Below are positions 41,457-53,038 of a DNA stretch of 64,000 nt, piece after piece; position 1 is the stretch's first letter; each line of letters starts with the position of its first letter. The translations under genes and the position numbers were made by a program. This DNA is from an uncultured Acidobacteriota bacterium. GTDB taxonomy: Bacteria > Acidobacteriota > Thermoanaerobaculia > Multivoradales > SZUA-115. Below the pieces are notes generated by a model. It was not told where the DNA came from. It ran no database searches and was given only the letters and a program-made list of their open reading frames with translations. The stretch is taken from positions 352,001 to 416,000 of the forward strand of contig CAWDVR010000003.1 in NCBI GenBank assembly GCA_963805975.1, given 5' to 3'.

Positions 41457-42341
41457 ATGAACTCATTTCGACACTTTGCCTGGCTCGCTCTCGTCCTGCC
41501 GGCCACCCTCGCCTGCTCGTCTCTCGCGCCGACCCGGCAATCGAGCAGCGCGCTCGCGTTCCTCTACCCGGAGGGCAGGGCCGAAGCCGTGCCGGCGAGC
41601 GACGTGACCCTGCGGTTGCCGGCCCGGGTCGGGCTCGCGTTTCCGCCGGGCGACGCGGCGAACGGCTACGTCGATCCCCTGACCGAGGGCGAGCGGCAGG
41701 CCCTGCTCAACCGGGTGGCCGCGGCCTTCCGCGAAGCCAAGGGCGTCGGCCACCTCGAGGTGGTGCCGTCGCTCTACCTCACGGCCGGCGGCGGCTTCGC
41801 CGACCTCGACCGCCTGAAGAGCTCTCTGGGCCTGGATCTGATGGTCCTCGTGTCCTACGACCAGACCCAGTTCACCGAGTCCACCCGCGCCTCGTGGACC
41901 TACCTGACGGTGGTGGGGCCGATGCTGATCCAGGGCGAGAAGAACGAGGTGCGCACGGTGATGGATGCCGTGGTGTACGACATCCCCTCCCGCGCGCTCC
42001 TCTTCCGCGCCGCCGGCGAGAGCACGGTCGAGGGGCGCTCGAGCCCGCTCAACGAGCGCCGCAAGCGCCGCCAGTTCTCGAGCGAGGGCTTCGCCGCGGC
42101 CACGGACCAGATGATCGGCCAGCTGCGGCAGGCGCTCGCCGCCTTCGAGGAGCAGTCCAAGGCCGGGACCGTACGCGGACAGGGCACGCCGCAGATCGCC
42201 CTCTTCAACGCCGAGGGCGAGCGCATCAACCCGACCGACGGCGGGGCGGGCGCCGGAGCGCTGGGCGCCGCGGAGCTCGTGCTGGCGGCGTGGGTGGGCG
42301 GCGCGTGGATCGCCCGGCGCCGGCCTCGCCGGCGGCCGTGA
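41457..42341 (+). CDS. Rhombotarget lipoprotein with GlyGly-CTERM
   Basis: Lipobox TLAC; SSSALAFLYP, SYDQ, YLTVVG; tail GGAGAGALG + hydrophobic helix + RRRPRRRP; next to a rhomboid. Confidence 0.88.
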   Translation: MNSFRHFAWLALVLPATLACSSLAPTRQSSSALAFLYPEGRAEAVPASDVTLRLPARVGLAFPPGDAANGYVDPLTEGERQALLNRVAAAFREAKGVGHLEVVPSLYLTAGGGFADLDRLKSSLGLDLMVLVSYDQTQFTESTRASWTYLTVVGPMLIQGEKNEVRTVMDAVVYDIPSRALLFRAAGESTVEGRSSPLNERRKRRQFSSEGFAAATDQMIGQLRQALAAFEEQSKAGTVRGQGTPQIALFNAEGERINPTDGGAGAGALGAAELVLAAWVGGAWIARRRPRRRP

Positions 42342-42937
42342 GCCTGCGCCGTTTCCCCTGGTTGACGCTCTCCCTGCTGGCGGTGGCGGCGGCGATCGCC
42401 GCGCTGCCGGCCGCGCTCCTCGAGTACGACCGCGCCGCGGTGGGCGGCGGCGAGGTGTGGCGCCTCGCCACGGGCCAGCTCGTCCACTGGACCCTGCGCA
42501 TGGCGCTCTTCGATCTGGGGGCGATCCTGCTGCTCGGCGTGCTGTTGGAGGTTGGGGATGAGCGCCGTGGCCTGGCCCTCGCCCTCGGCATCGCTCTCCC
42601 GCTCTGCGCCTTCGCGGTGCACGGGATCCAGCCGCATCTGGATCGCTACCGCGGCAGCTCGGGTCTCGCCGCGGCGGTGTTCGGCCTGATGGTGATGCTC
42701 GGCGCTGCCGAGAAAGGCTGGCTGCCGCGCCTGCTCATGCTCGCGGCCTTCGCGGGCTTTGCTCTCAAGCTGCTCTTCGAGGCGGCAACCTCGAGCCTGG
42801 TGTTCGGCGGTGCCCTCCCGGCCGGAGTGGAAGCTGCGCCCATCGTGCACCTCGCGGGCTTCGCCGCCGGGGTCGCAGCCTTCCTGCTGGTCCACGCGCT
42901 CCCTCGGCGCGACCACCACGCCGCTGGTCTAGACTGA
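42338..42937 (+). CDS. rrtA: Rhombosortase (rhomboid-family intramembrane protease)
   Basis: LEYDRAAV..GEVWRL.TGQLVH, YRGSSG (Ser), HLAG (His); GTGA overlap with the lipoprotein stop. Confidence 0.88.
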   Translation: MSLRRFPWLTLSLLAVAAAIAALPAALLEYDRAAVGGGEVWRLATGQLVHWTLRMALFDLGAILLLGVLLEVGDERRGLALALGIALPLCAFAVHGIQPHLDRYRGSSGLAAAVFGLMVMLGAAEKGWLPRLLMLAAFAGFALKLLFEAATSSLVFGGALPAGVEAAPIVHLAGFAAGVAAFLLVHALPRRDHHAAGLD

Positions 42938-42963
42938 GCTTCCATGGTTGCAAGGAGCCACGG

Positions 42964-44658
<1,695 letters not shown>

Positions 44659-44668
44659 GGCGATCGGC

Positions 44669-45655
44669 ATGGCGGTGACGCCGCGCACCATGCGCTGGAT
44701 GGCCGGCGGCCTGCTGCTGCTGGTCGCGATCGGGATCGGGATCGGCGTGTGGCACGGCGTCTCGAGCGACGGCTTCCGCGACCGCCTCGCGGCCGGCTGG
44801 AGCTCGGCGCCCGGCGGCCTGGCGAGGGCATTCGCGATCGAGATCCTGCTCAACCCCTGGTTCTACGCCGTGCTCGCGCTGGTGCTCCTGCTCGAGAGGC
44901 TGGTGCCGGCCGACCCCCAGCAGAAGCCGCTCTCCAAGGGCTTCCTCCAGGATGCGGCGTGGGTGCCGTTCACACTCGTGGCGCACGCCTTCGTGCTGCC
45001 GCTCCACATCCTCTTCCTGCGCCACCTCTACGACCGCTATCTCGGCTTCCTGACGCTCGAATCGGTGGCCGCCTGGCCCTGGCTGGCGCGGGTGCTGCTC
45101 GCCCTGCTGGTCACCGACTTCCTCTTCTGGCTGAGCCACTGGGTTCGCCACAAGGTGAGCGTGCTGTGGTACTTCCACGCCGTCCACCACTCCCAGCGGG
45201 AGCTGAACTTCTTCACCGAGTACCGGATCCATCCGCTGGACGACGTCTTCCTCTACACCATCGGCTTCATTCCCTTCTTCATGGTGGAGCACTCCTTCAT
45301 CACCATCGTCGCGGTCACCTGGGTCCGGCACTGGCACACCCGGGTCTACCACTCGAACATCCGCTCCAACTTCGGCTGGCTGCGCTATCTCCTCGTCACG
45401 CCGCAATCCCACCGCGTCCACCACTCGGTCGAGATCCCGCATCGCGACTCGAACTTCGGCCTCACCTTCAGCATCTGGGACCATCTCTTCGGCACCCAGT
45501 ACCGGGGCTACGACGAGTATCCGCAGACCGGCATCGACGACGAGGAGTTCCCTTTCGAGCAGGCGGGGCAGGGCCGTTTCGGAGCGGTCGGCCGCCTGGT
45601 CTCGCAACTCCTCTACCCCTTCGAGGCGATCGCCAAGCGCGCGACGAGCCCGTGA
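44669..45655 (+). CDS. Sterol desaturase / fatty acid hydroxylase family protein
   Basis: HWVRH, HAVHHS, HSN, HRVHHS, NFG...WDHLFGT. Confidence 0.92.
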   Translation: MAVTPRTMRWMAGGLLLLVAIGIGIGVWHGVSSDGFRDRLAAGWSSAPGGLARAFAIEILLNPWFYAVLALVLLLERLVPADPQQKPLSKGFLQDAAWVPFTLVAHAFVLPLHILFLRHLYDRYLGFLTLESVAAWPWLARVLLALLVTDFLFWLSHWVRHKVSVLWYFHAVHHSQRELNFFTEYRIHPLDDVFLYTIGFIPFFMVEHSFITIVAVTWVRHWHTRVYHSNIRSNFGWLRYLLVTPQSHRVHHSVEIPHRDSNFGLTFSIWDHLFGTQYRGYDEYPQTGIDDEEFPFEQAGQGRFGAVGRLVSQLLYPFEAIAKRATSP

Positions 45656-45718
45656 CCAAGGGCGGCAGAGCACTGAGGGTGACGTGGAGTATCCTCTGTC
45701 TCGTTGACGGAGGTCGTC

Positions 45719-45964
45719 ATGGAAGAGAATCTGCTGAGGCGCGTCGAGGTCGACCCGGACGTGATGCTTGGCAAGCCCGTCGTTCGGGGCACGCGAGTGA
45801 CCGTGGAGATCCTGCTCGAGAAGCTGGCCGCGGACATCCCTATTGAGGAGATCCTGGAGGATTATCCTGGCCTCGATCGATACGATGTGCTCGCCGCCAT
45901 CGCCTACGCAAGGCAAGCAGTCGGAACGGAAGAGATCTTGCCCGCCTTCGCGGCCCACGGATGA
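45719..45964 (+). CDS. DUF433 antitoxin-like protein
   Basis: DPDVMLGKPVVRGTRVTV...EEILEDYP.L; SD GGAGG. Confidence 0.92.
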   Translation: MEENLLRRVEVDPDVMLGKPVVRGTRVTVEILLEKLAADIPIEEILEDYPGLDRYDVLAAIAYARQAVGTEEILPAFAAHG

Positions 45965-46326
45965 GGCTCCTGGCGGACGCGAACCTGGAGGGGCCCATCG
46001 TCCGCCTCCTACGAGCTGCCGGCTATGACGTGGTTTGGGTTCGCGAAGAGCAGCCACGAGCCACTGACCCGCGGGTGCTGGAGCTGGCGAGAGCCGAGGC
46101 GCGGGTTCTCCTGACGAACGACAAGGACTTCGCCGAGCTCTGCTATCTGCGTAGACAGGCCACTGCGGGTATCGTGCTGCTGCGGCTTCCGGCGGCGAGG
46201 TCCACAGAGAAGGGCGAGCACCTGCTTGCGGTGATCCGGCGTTTCGGTATCGAGCTGGAGGGTTGGTTCACGGTGATTACGGCGCGGGCCATTCGCCGCC
46301 GCCAGTTGCCGGATACCGAGAGGTAG
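45961..46326 (+). CDS. DUF5615 PIN-like toxin
   Basis: MRLLADANL...D..VLELA...RVLLTNDKDF; ATGA overlap with DUF433. Confidence 0.9.
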   Translation: MRLLADANLEGPIVRLLRAAGYDVVWVREEQPRATDPRVLELARAEARVLLTNDKDFAELCYLRRQATAGIVLLRLPAARSTEKGEHLLAVIRRFGIELEGWFTVITARAIRRRQLPDTER

Positions 46327-46556
46327 CTCATCCCACGACGGCTGCTCTCAAGGGGCCAGTTCCAACCCAATCTCCTCTACCGGCTCGATCTCATCCAGCC
46401 GGCCGACGTCGATGCCCCGATGACCCGCACCGTCCTCCTCGATGAAGACCGAGACGAACCGCGCGTTCCAGGCTACCTCCTCGGCGCGGTAGGAGGTGCG
46501 GGTGTGGGCCCGGGGAATCTCTCGCTCGCTCATCTCGGCACGCTCCTCGCGGGCGC

Positions 46557-47558
46557 TCAGGGCTGAAGCTGGAAGTTGACGGTAAGCGTGTAGTAGACCT
46601 TGACGAGCTTACCGTTGAGCTTGGCGGGCTCGAAGACCCAGCGCTCGACGGCGCGGATCGTCGCGCGATCGAGGCCCGGGCTCAGGCTGCGCAGCACCTC
46701 TACATGCGTCACGCATCCTTCCTGGTCGATGATCGCCTCCGCGACGACCACTCCCTGCTTCCCGCTCCGGCGGTCGCTGTCGGGGTAACGCGGCAGGGGG
46801 GTGAGGAGCTTTCCGGGCGGCGAGATCTCGCCTTCTACCCGCCTCGGCGCCTCGGTGAGCAGGGAGGCAGCGGCCGGCTCGAAGGGTGGCGCCTGGGCCG
46901 AGCCGGCAGGCGCCAACGGCGGCTCGCCGCCCTCCTCGGCCAGCGAGGCGCGCAGGCCGCAGAGGAGCACACGGCTTTGCTTGCGCAGATCGCCCTCGGC
47001 TCCTGCAGCGATCGTTTCGCGCACTTGCGCCATGGCCTCGGCCTTCCTCCCTTGGAGCTCGAGGGTCTTGGCGAGCGAGAAGCGCGGCGCCACCACCTTG
47101 CCCTCGCTCAGCTCCACGGCTTTGCGAAAGGCGCGTTCGGCCTCGGCGAGCTCCTTGGGCTTCGCTGTCATGTCGCCCAGCAAGGCGATGCCGAGCAGGT
47201 TGTGGGCGGCGGCGGAGTCTATGGCGCTTTCGTGCAGGTCCAGCGCCCGCCGCGCCGCCTGCTCGGCATCCCTGTAGTTACTTGCAGCAAGAGCCGCCCG
47301 TGCCCAGCCCACCAGGGCCGCCAGGGACTTTCCGCCCGCCAGCTTGTCGGCCCTGGTGAAGGCGGCGAGCGCTTTCTCGGCCTTGCCTTGGGCGAAGAGG
47401 TCCACGCCCTGCTCGACCAGGGTCTCCGGGGTCTCTTCCGGCGGGGCCTGGGCCGGTGGGTCCTCGGCGCGGGTGGAGTGGGCGGCAAGGGCGAGGAGAA
47501 CGACCAGCAGGACCGCGGCGGCCCGACTGCAGAAGCGGAGCGAGTGCTTGCGCGGCAT
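46557..47558 (-). CDS. TPR-containing TonB C-terminal domain protein
   Basis: Signal peptide, TPR helices, PRYP...QGVVVAEAIIDQEG...WVFEPA..NG..VKV. Confidence 0.88.
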   Translation of the reverse strand: MPRKHSLRFCSRAAAVLLVVLLALAAHSTRAEDPPAQAPPEETPETLVEQGVDLFAQGKAEKALAAFTRADKLAGGKSLAALVGWARAALAASNYRDAEQAARRALDLHESAIDSAAAHNLLGIALLGDMTAKPKELAEAERAFRKAVELSEGKVVAPRFSLAKTLELQGRKAEAMAQVRETIAAGAEGDLRKQSRVLLCGLRASLAEEGGEPPLAPAGSAQAPPFEPAAASLLTEAPRRVEGEISPPGKLLTPLPRYPDSDRRSGKQGVVVAEAIIDQEGCVTHVEVLRSLSPGLDRATIRAVERWVFEPAKLNGKLVKVYYTLTVNFQLQP

Positions 47559-47728
47559 GAGATCTCTCCCTCGTGGCGATGCGTTCACCTGAGTCAGACG
47601 CGCAACGTCACTCGTCCGGCCTACTCGCTGTGACGTATCTCATAGCGGGCTTGCTGGGTGGGTGCTTTGCTGCAATTCGAGCGTCCCGGCCTGGCCGACC
47701 TGCGCCCACAACACCGAGGAGAAGCACG

Positions 47729-49270
47729 ATGCCCCCTGCCCGCTACGCCTGCCGCTTCGCTTCCACCGCCCTACTTCTGAGTCTCGGGCTCGCCTCGCCG
47801 GCCGCTGCCGGCACGCTCGCCGTAACCTCCACCACCCCGGCACGGAACGCCGGCAACGTCACCACTTCGACCACCATCGTCGTCCACTTCAACATGGCCC
47901 TGCAGACCGCTTCGATCACCTCCTCGAGCTTCCGCGCCTGGGGCAAGTGGAGCGGTCCCAGAACCGGCGCCTTCGCCTTCTCGAACGGCAACCAGACGCT
48001 GACTTTCACCCCCAGCCGCCCGTTCTCGGCCGGTGAGGCGGTGTACTTCCTGCTCGCCAACACCGTCACCGCCGCCGACAGCTCGCCATTCCGGGCCGGC
48101 GGCTACGCCTCGCAGTTCACCACCGCGGTCGTCGTGACGCCGGCCGACTTCCAGGAGATCGACACCATCTCGGTGCGCACCACTCCCGGAGAAGGTACGC
48201 GCCTCTATGGCGGCAGCGGCGCCGACCTCGACAACGACGGCTGGCTCGACTACGTGGGCGCCAACGAGGACAGCGGCGACCTCCGGGTGCTGATGAACCG
48301 CGACGACGGCAGCGGGCTCTACCACCCCTTCCTGCAGCCCCCCACCGAGACCGACCTGGGCCCCAGCCCGAACGAGGTCGCCGACTACGACAACGACGGT
48401 TTCCAGGACGTGGCGACGGCCAACTACATCCCCTCGACGGTCTCCGTGGTCCTGGGCGACGGCGACGGCACCTTCAGCCTCCAGCAGTCGGTGTCGGTGG
48501 CCAATACCCCGCACGGCCTCGCCACCCTGGACGTGGACGGCGACGGCGACCTCGACCTCGTCACCGCCAACGAGGCCGCCAACAACCTGTCGCGGCTGCT
48601 CAACAACGGCAGCGGCGTGTTCGGAGCCGCGACCCACTTCGAGGGGGGCGGCGACGGCGAGTACGCGCTCACCGCCGGCGACATGAACAACGACGGCATC
48701 ATGGACCTGGTGCTCGGCACCCGCGACGACCAGCAGATCCACGTCCTGACCGGCAACGGCAACGGCACCTTCTCCCATGCCTCGAACCGCTCGGCGGGCG
48801 GCCTCACCTGGATGGTCGCGGTAGGCGACGTCAACGGCGACGGCCACCTGGACGTGGCCTCCGCCAACAGCCAGAGCAACAACGGCTCGATCCTGCTGGG
48901 CAACGGTAACGGCACCTTGCAGGCGGCGGCGACGATCGCGACCTCCGGCCACATGGTGGCGACGGACCTGGGCGATCTCGACGGCGACGGCGATCTCGAC
49001 TGGGTGCTGTCGTCGTTCGGCGGTGGGCGCTGGCACGTCTACACCAACAACGGCGCCGGCGCCTTCACGCAGGTGGACGAGATCTTCGCCACCAGCAACG
49101 CCTCCTGCGCCACCCTCTACGACTTCGACAACGACGGCGACCTCGACATGGCGCTGGCCGACGAGATTGCGGACGAGGTCAAGCTGATCCAGAACAGCGG
49201 TGGCCCCGGCCTCTTTGCCGACGGCTTCGAGACCGGCGACACCGCGGCCTGGTCACTCACTGTGCCGTAG
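47729..49270 (+). CDS. Secreted Ig-like + FG-GAP/VCBS repeat protein with FxDGFE tail
   Basis: VTSTTPA...IVVHFN...LTFTP Ig module; seven DxD/NxDGxxD repeats; tail LFADGFETGDTAAWSLTVP. Confidence 0.9.
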   Translation: MPPARYACRFASTALLLSLGLASPAAAGTLAVTSTTPARNAGNVTTSTTIVVHFNMALQTASITSSSFRAWGKWSGPRTGAFAFSNGNQTLTFTPSRPFSAGEAVYFLLANTVTAADSSPFRAGGYASQFTTAVVVTPADFQEIDTISVRTTPGEGTRLYGGSGADLDNDGWLDYVGANEDSGDLRVLMNRDDGSGLYHPFLQPPTETDLGPSPNEVADYDNDGFQDVATANYIPSTVSVVLGDGDGTFSLQQSVSVANTPHGLATLDVDGDGDLDLVTANEAANNLSRLLNNGSGVFGAATHFEGGGDGEYALTAGDMNNDGIMDLVLGTRDDQQIHVLTGNGNGTFSHASNRSAGGLTWMVAVGDVNGDGHLDVASANSQSNNGSILLGNGNGTLQAAATIATSGHMVATDLGDLDGDGDLDWVLSSFGGGRWHVYTNNGAGAFTQVDEIFATSNASCATLYDFDNDGDLDMALADEIADEVKLIQNSGGPGLFADGFETGDTAAWSLTVP

Positions 49271-50705
49271 AGTTCCGGCCGGCGGCGAGGGGTGCGCTGC
49301 GCGGCAGCACGTCCGGCCACCAGCCGCCGGCGGCATCGACTGCGAAGCCGCAGCGCTCCCGGAGCCGCAGGCCGTCGAGCATCGGGTGGTTCGAGGCCAG
49401 GTCCAGCACCAGGTCGTGCCGTCCGCCGCAACGGAACTGCGGGCTGCCGAGCGCCGTCGCGAGCAGCAGGGCCACGCTCGCGCTACCCCAGGCCCAGGCC
49501 AGCCGCCGGACGGGCACCCGCCACCGGCCCGCGGAGAGCACCGCCGCCCACAGCACCAAGGGCAGCACGGCCGCGTGCATCACGGATACCCCTTGCCACC
49601 ACATCGGCGTGGTGGGCGCCAGGCAGAAGATCAGGAACGCGGCGGCGAAGCTCCACAGAACGTAGCGCTCCAGCCACTCGCGGTCCGAGGCCCCGGCAGG
49701 GAACCGCCAGGGCTCCGGGCTCGACCGCCGCCGCCTGTAGAACCAGATAGCGGCGGCGAGAGCTGCGAGGACGGTGGCCGCGGCCGCCGCCAGCGCCAGC
49801 GCGGAGAGGAGCGGCGCGAGCCAGGCGTCGGCCCGTTCGCCGAACACGGCCGTGAAGTCGAAGCGCGTCACCTCGCTGCTCACCGAGAGCGACGAGTAGC
49901 GCAGCCAGTTGACCAGCCCATGCGCCAGCGGGAAGACCAGCAGCAGGCCCCGGCCAGGGAAGCCCGTGCCCACGGGCAGCAGGCTCGGATCCAGCCGGAT
50001 CGCCTCGAGATAAGGCAGGAGCGTCAGCCCCGCGACCGCGGCACCGGCCATCGCACCCGGCCAATGCAGCTTCATCCCGCCGCGCAGCAGCAGAAGGAGG
50101 GAGGCGACACCCAGGAGCACCGCCGAGGCGTGGGCCTGGACGGCGAGGCCCAGCACCAGGGCGTGCAGGAAAGAGTCGAAGAACCGCGCCTCGTGCCGCT
50201 GGCGAAACGCCGTCCACACGTGGATCGCGCCCACCAGGAAGAGATAGCTGGGGTTCCACAGGAAGCCGGAGAGATAGAGCCGGGTCGGCGACAGGCCGTA
50301 GAACACCGCAAAGAGCAACCGCTCCCGGCTGCCCAGGCACCGGGCCAGCAGCCGGTCGAGGAGCACGAAGGCCAGCAGGTGAAAGGCGACGATCAGCACT
50401 ACCGGCGCCCGCGCGTCGCGCCAGAGGAAGAGCGGCAACCCCACCAGCACGCTCGTCACCGGCCCCGGCGCCACCCCACCCCCAGAACCGGGGTTGCCGT
50501 AGGGAATCAGCTCACCTTCCGCAGCCAGCAACCACCCCCGGCCGAGGAGATTCAACTGATCCCCCCCGACCTGGCTGCGGGAGAGGAGGAGGAGGGAGAG
50601 GCAGGTGGAGAGGAGAAACAGCGCGACCACCGCCCGGCCGGTGGAAGGGCCGGGGGAGGCGGTGGACGGGGTGGGGTCGAGGAGAGGGCGCAGGATGCGT
50701 CTCAA
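49257..50705 (-). CDS. Polytopic membrane protein, ArnT/GT-C-like (inference)
   Basis: GGDQ after TM1, YGN, LWNPSY, QAH; ~11 TM. Confidence 0.6.
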   Translation of the reverse strand: MRRILRPLLDPTPSTASPGPSTGRAVVALFLLSTCLSLLLLSRSQVGGDQLNLLGRGWLLAAEGELIPYGNPGSGGGVAPGPVTSVLVGLPLFLWRDARAPVVLIVAFHLLAFVLLDRLLARCLGSRERLLFAVFYGLSPTRLYLSGFLWNPSYLFLVGAIHVWTAFRQRHEARFFDSFLHALVLGLAVQAHASAVLLGVASLLLLLRGGMKLHWPGAMAGAAVAGLTLLPYLEAIRLDPSLLPVGTGFPGRGLLLVFPLAHGLVNWLRYSSLSVSSEVTRFDFTAVFGERADAWLAPLLSALALAAAAATVLAALAAAIWFYRRRRSSPEPWRFPAGASDREWLERYVLWSFAAAFLIFCLAPTTPMWWQGVSVMHAAVLPLVLWAAVLSAGRWRVPVRRLAWAWGSASVALLLATALGSPQFRCGGRHDLVLDLASNHPMLDGLRLRERCGFAVDAAGGWWPDVLPRSAPLAAGRNSTAQ

Positions 50706-50849
50706 GTGCAGGCGGCCCCCGTAGGAGATGGCCCCGCTGGTGTTCGGAGGAAGAACTCTAGCAGGCGCTGAAGGGTATTGAGTGGCTGGCGGGGATGGCC
50801 ACCCGGTCCGAGCAGCGCCCGCTCTCGGGAGCGGCGGCGCCGTCCGGAC

Positions 50850-51539
50850 TCAGGGTAGCTCCGGCTGAGTGGGCCTCGCCACTCCGTCTGCGGGTCGAAG
50901 GGGCTGTGGCCGTGGAGCAAGGACCGGAGCCTTTGCGAGGGCAGAGATCTCGACAGGGACGAGGTGCTCGAACTTGGGGGCGGCTTCGAGGTTTTCGACG
51001 GCGCGGTCGAGGTCGCTGTGGGTGCCGTTCATGCCCAGCGTCCACAGCGCGGAGAGGTGGCGGCGCCTCGCCTCGGGCTGGCGGCGGGCGTGGCGGAAGA
51101 GCTCGTCCTGGAGGAGCCTCAGCTGCGCCTGCTCTTTTTTCGTCCGCGGCAGTGTTGCCCAGACCAGGTGCGGGATGCCGCTCTCACCCTCGGGAGCGCG
51201 CTCGCACAGCGCGTAGGGGGAGCTGCCGAAGCGGGGGGCGACGAAGGGGCGCGGGTGGGGGAGGGCGGCGATCAGGTCGGAGAGGTCGGCTTCTTGCGGC
51301 CGGTCCACCCAGGCCAGAAGGCTCAGGGTTAGGGTGAAGGCGCCGAGGATCGCGGCGCCCGGCAGCAGCCATCGTGGACGTCGTGCAGGCTGGGTGGGGA
51401 GGGGAGCCAGGGGCCAGGCCGGGACCAGCGCAATGCGGCGCGTCGGCGCTGGCGGGGCGTTGCCGCTCAGGCGCGGCTTGGGGAGCGCAACGTCTCGTCG
51501 ACGGGAGGAGCGCCGTAGGCTTCGCGTGGGCATCGCCAT
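50850..51539 (-). CDS. Hypothetical single-TM protein
   Basis: TM, then RPFVAPRFGSSPYALC and a helical segment LDRAVENLEAA. Confidence 0.5.
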   Translation of the reverse strand: MAMPTRSLRRSSRRRDVALPKPRLSGNAPPAPTRRIALVPAWPLAPLPTQPARRPRWLLPGAAILGAFTLTLSLLAWVDRPQEADLSDLIAALPHPRPFVAPRFGSSPYALCERAPEGESGIPHLVWATLPRTKKEQAQLRLLQDELFRHARRQPEARRRHLSALWTLGMNGTHSDLDRAVENLEAAPKFEHLVPVEISALAKAPVLAPRPQPLRPADGVARPTQPELP

Positions 51540-51594
51540 TCAGGGTGAGGCTGGGCCTCACCCCGGTTGGACGGACGCGGCAGCGGAGTTTCTC

Positions 51595-52887
51595 TCAGTT
51601 CGCCACTGCCTCCCGGCTCCCGAGGCTGAAGCGCTGGGGGATGAAGAGGGCGTGGGTGAGGCTGGCCGAGGGACGGTCGGCGGCATGGGCCAGGCAGAGG
51701 CGGTGCTCGTCCCAGGGCTGGGCCTCGAGACCCTGGCCGAGCTGGAGCGAGCCACGGCCGAAGTCGAGGTCGGAGAGCGCCCGGCCGTCGATCCCCGCCG
51801 GATCGAGGCCGAGCTGCCTACAGGAACGTAACGCCGCGGTCTCGGCGGCCATGGCCTCGGTCTCGTGACCGAGCGCCCGGGCGGTCTGGGCGGTCAGCCA
51901 GTGGCGGCGGGTCTCGTACCAGAGATCGAGGCGGAGGGCTGCTGCTGCGGTCTCGTCGTCGAGGGCCGCGGCGGCCTCCTCGGGCCGTCCGCCGGCGAGC
52001 AGGTAGTAGACGAGGTTCTGCTGCGCGCAGAGGTAGAGGCCGGGCTCCGCCCGCGCGTCGAGCTGCAGCAGGGCCTCTTCCGCCGTCTCCACGGCGGCCA
52101 CGGTCTCGCCCGCCGCGGCGAGCGCCGCCGCCTTCTCGATCAGCACTGCCCCGATCTCCTCGAAGGCCTCGCACTCCTCGCACAGGCCACACACCATGTT
52201 GAAGTAGGCCTCGGCCTCGAGGAAGCGGCGCTGGGCGGTGCGCAGCAGGCCGGTCAGCACCAGGATCTCGGCCTCGATCAGGAGGTCGCCCGTGCCCTGG
52301 CGGTCGAAGAGCTCGAGCGCGAACTCCAGCATGCGCTCGCTGCGCGGCTCGTCGCCGAGTACGCGCAAGGCGTTGCCCAGGTGCGCGGTGGCGCGGGCGA
52401 TCGAGGTCATCGCCCAGCCGCGGCCGATCTCCGGCTGGGAGAGGCGCAGCGAGACGTCGTGAGCGCGTTGCGCCAGGTCGAAGGCCTCCTCGGGCCGGCT
52501 CGCGAGCTGGCGCTGCGACTGCTGGATCAGGAGATCGACGAGCGCCGGGCTGCGGAAGCGGTGGACGGCGCCGGCGAAGAGGGCATCGCGACCGGCGGGG
52601 CCCGTCTCGACCAGGAGGCGCAGGTCGTCGTGCGCCGCCGCGGAGAGCTGCGCCAGCTCGCCGGCGCGGCGCGGGATGTCGGCGAGAACGCGCTGGAAGA
52701 TGGGCCGGTACGACCAGGCCAGGGGCCCGTTGGGATCCGGGTGGCCGGGCCGTGACGAAGCGGCGGGCCGGGTCTGGCAGTGCTTGAGAAGTTGCTCGAC
52801 GATCTCCTGCGGCGTGCGCTCGGCCTCCATCAGCTCGCGCCGCAGCTCCCCGGGTGTGGACAGCTCGCTCGGATTCTCCCCCGCCAT
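51595..52887 (-). CDS. TPR-like helical repeat protein
   Basis: ARATAHLGNALRVLGD, QRRFLEAEAY, GRPEEAAA repeats. Confidence 0.75.
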   Translation of the reverse strand: MAGENPSELSTPGELRRELMEAERTPQEIVEQLLKHCQTRPAASSRPGHPDPNGPLAWSYRPIFQRVLADIPRRAGELAQLSAAAHDDLRLLVETGPAGRDALFAGAVHRFRSPALVDLLIQQSQRQLASRPEEAFDLAQRAHDVSLRLSQPEIGRGWAMTSIARATAHLGNALRVLGDEPRSERMLEFALELFDRQGTGDLLIEAEILVLTGLLRTAQRRFLEAEAYFNMVCGLCEECEAFEEIGAVLIEKAAALAAAGETVAAVETAEEALLQLDARAEPGLYLCAQQNLVYYLLAGGRPEEAAAALDDETAAAALRLDLWYETRRHWLTAQTARALGHETEAMAAETAALRSCRQLGLDPAGIDGRALSDLDFGRGSLQLGQGLEAQPWDEHRLCLAHAADRPSASLTHALFIPQRFSLGSREAVAN

Positions 52888-53038
52888 AAGAATGCCCCCC
52901 GTTCGAGTAACTTGAAAGTATCCGCTCTTAGGCTAGTGCAGGAGCGTCTATTTCGCAACCAAGTGGAGTTTCTGTGAGATCCCCTAGCTACCCACGACGA
53001 GGTAAAGTTGCTCTCTGTCCCTACTCTTGGAGAACCTG

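Noticed and set aside
46348-46533. 61-aa minus-strand ORF with SD after the TonB gene
   Set aside because: No recognisable motif; could be a gene remnant clipped by the TA cassette, but this cannot be supported
47604-47636. ACGTCAC...GTGACGT inverted repeat as an operator between divergent genes
   Set aside because: 7-bp arms seen only once; not enough to call
48200-49160. Repeated GACGGCGACGGCGAC-like DNA as a possible CRISPR or tandem array
   Set aside because: These are coding FG-GAP DxDGD repeats, with no constant repeat/spacer structure
51568-51593. GAAAC...CGTCCA as a third ECF promoter
   Set aside because: The spacer is only 14 nt, against 16-17 for the other two
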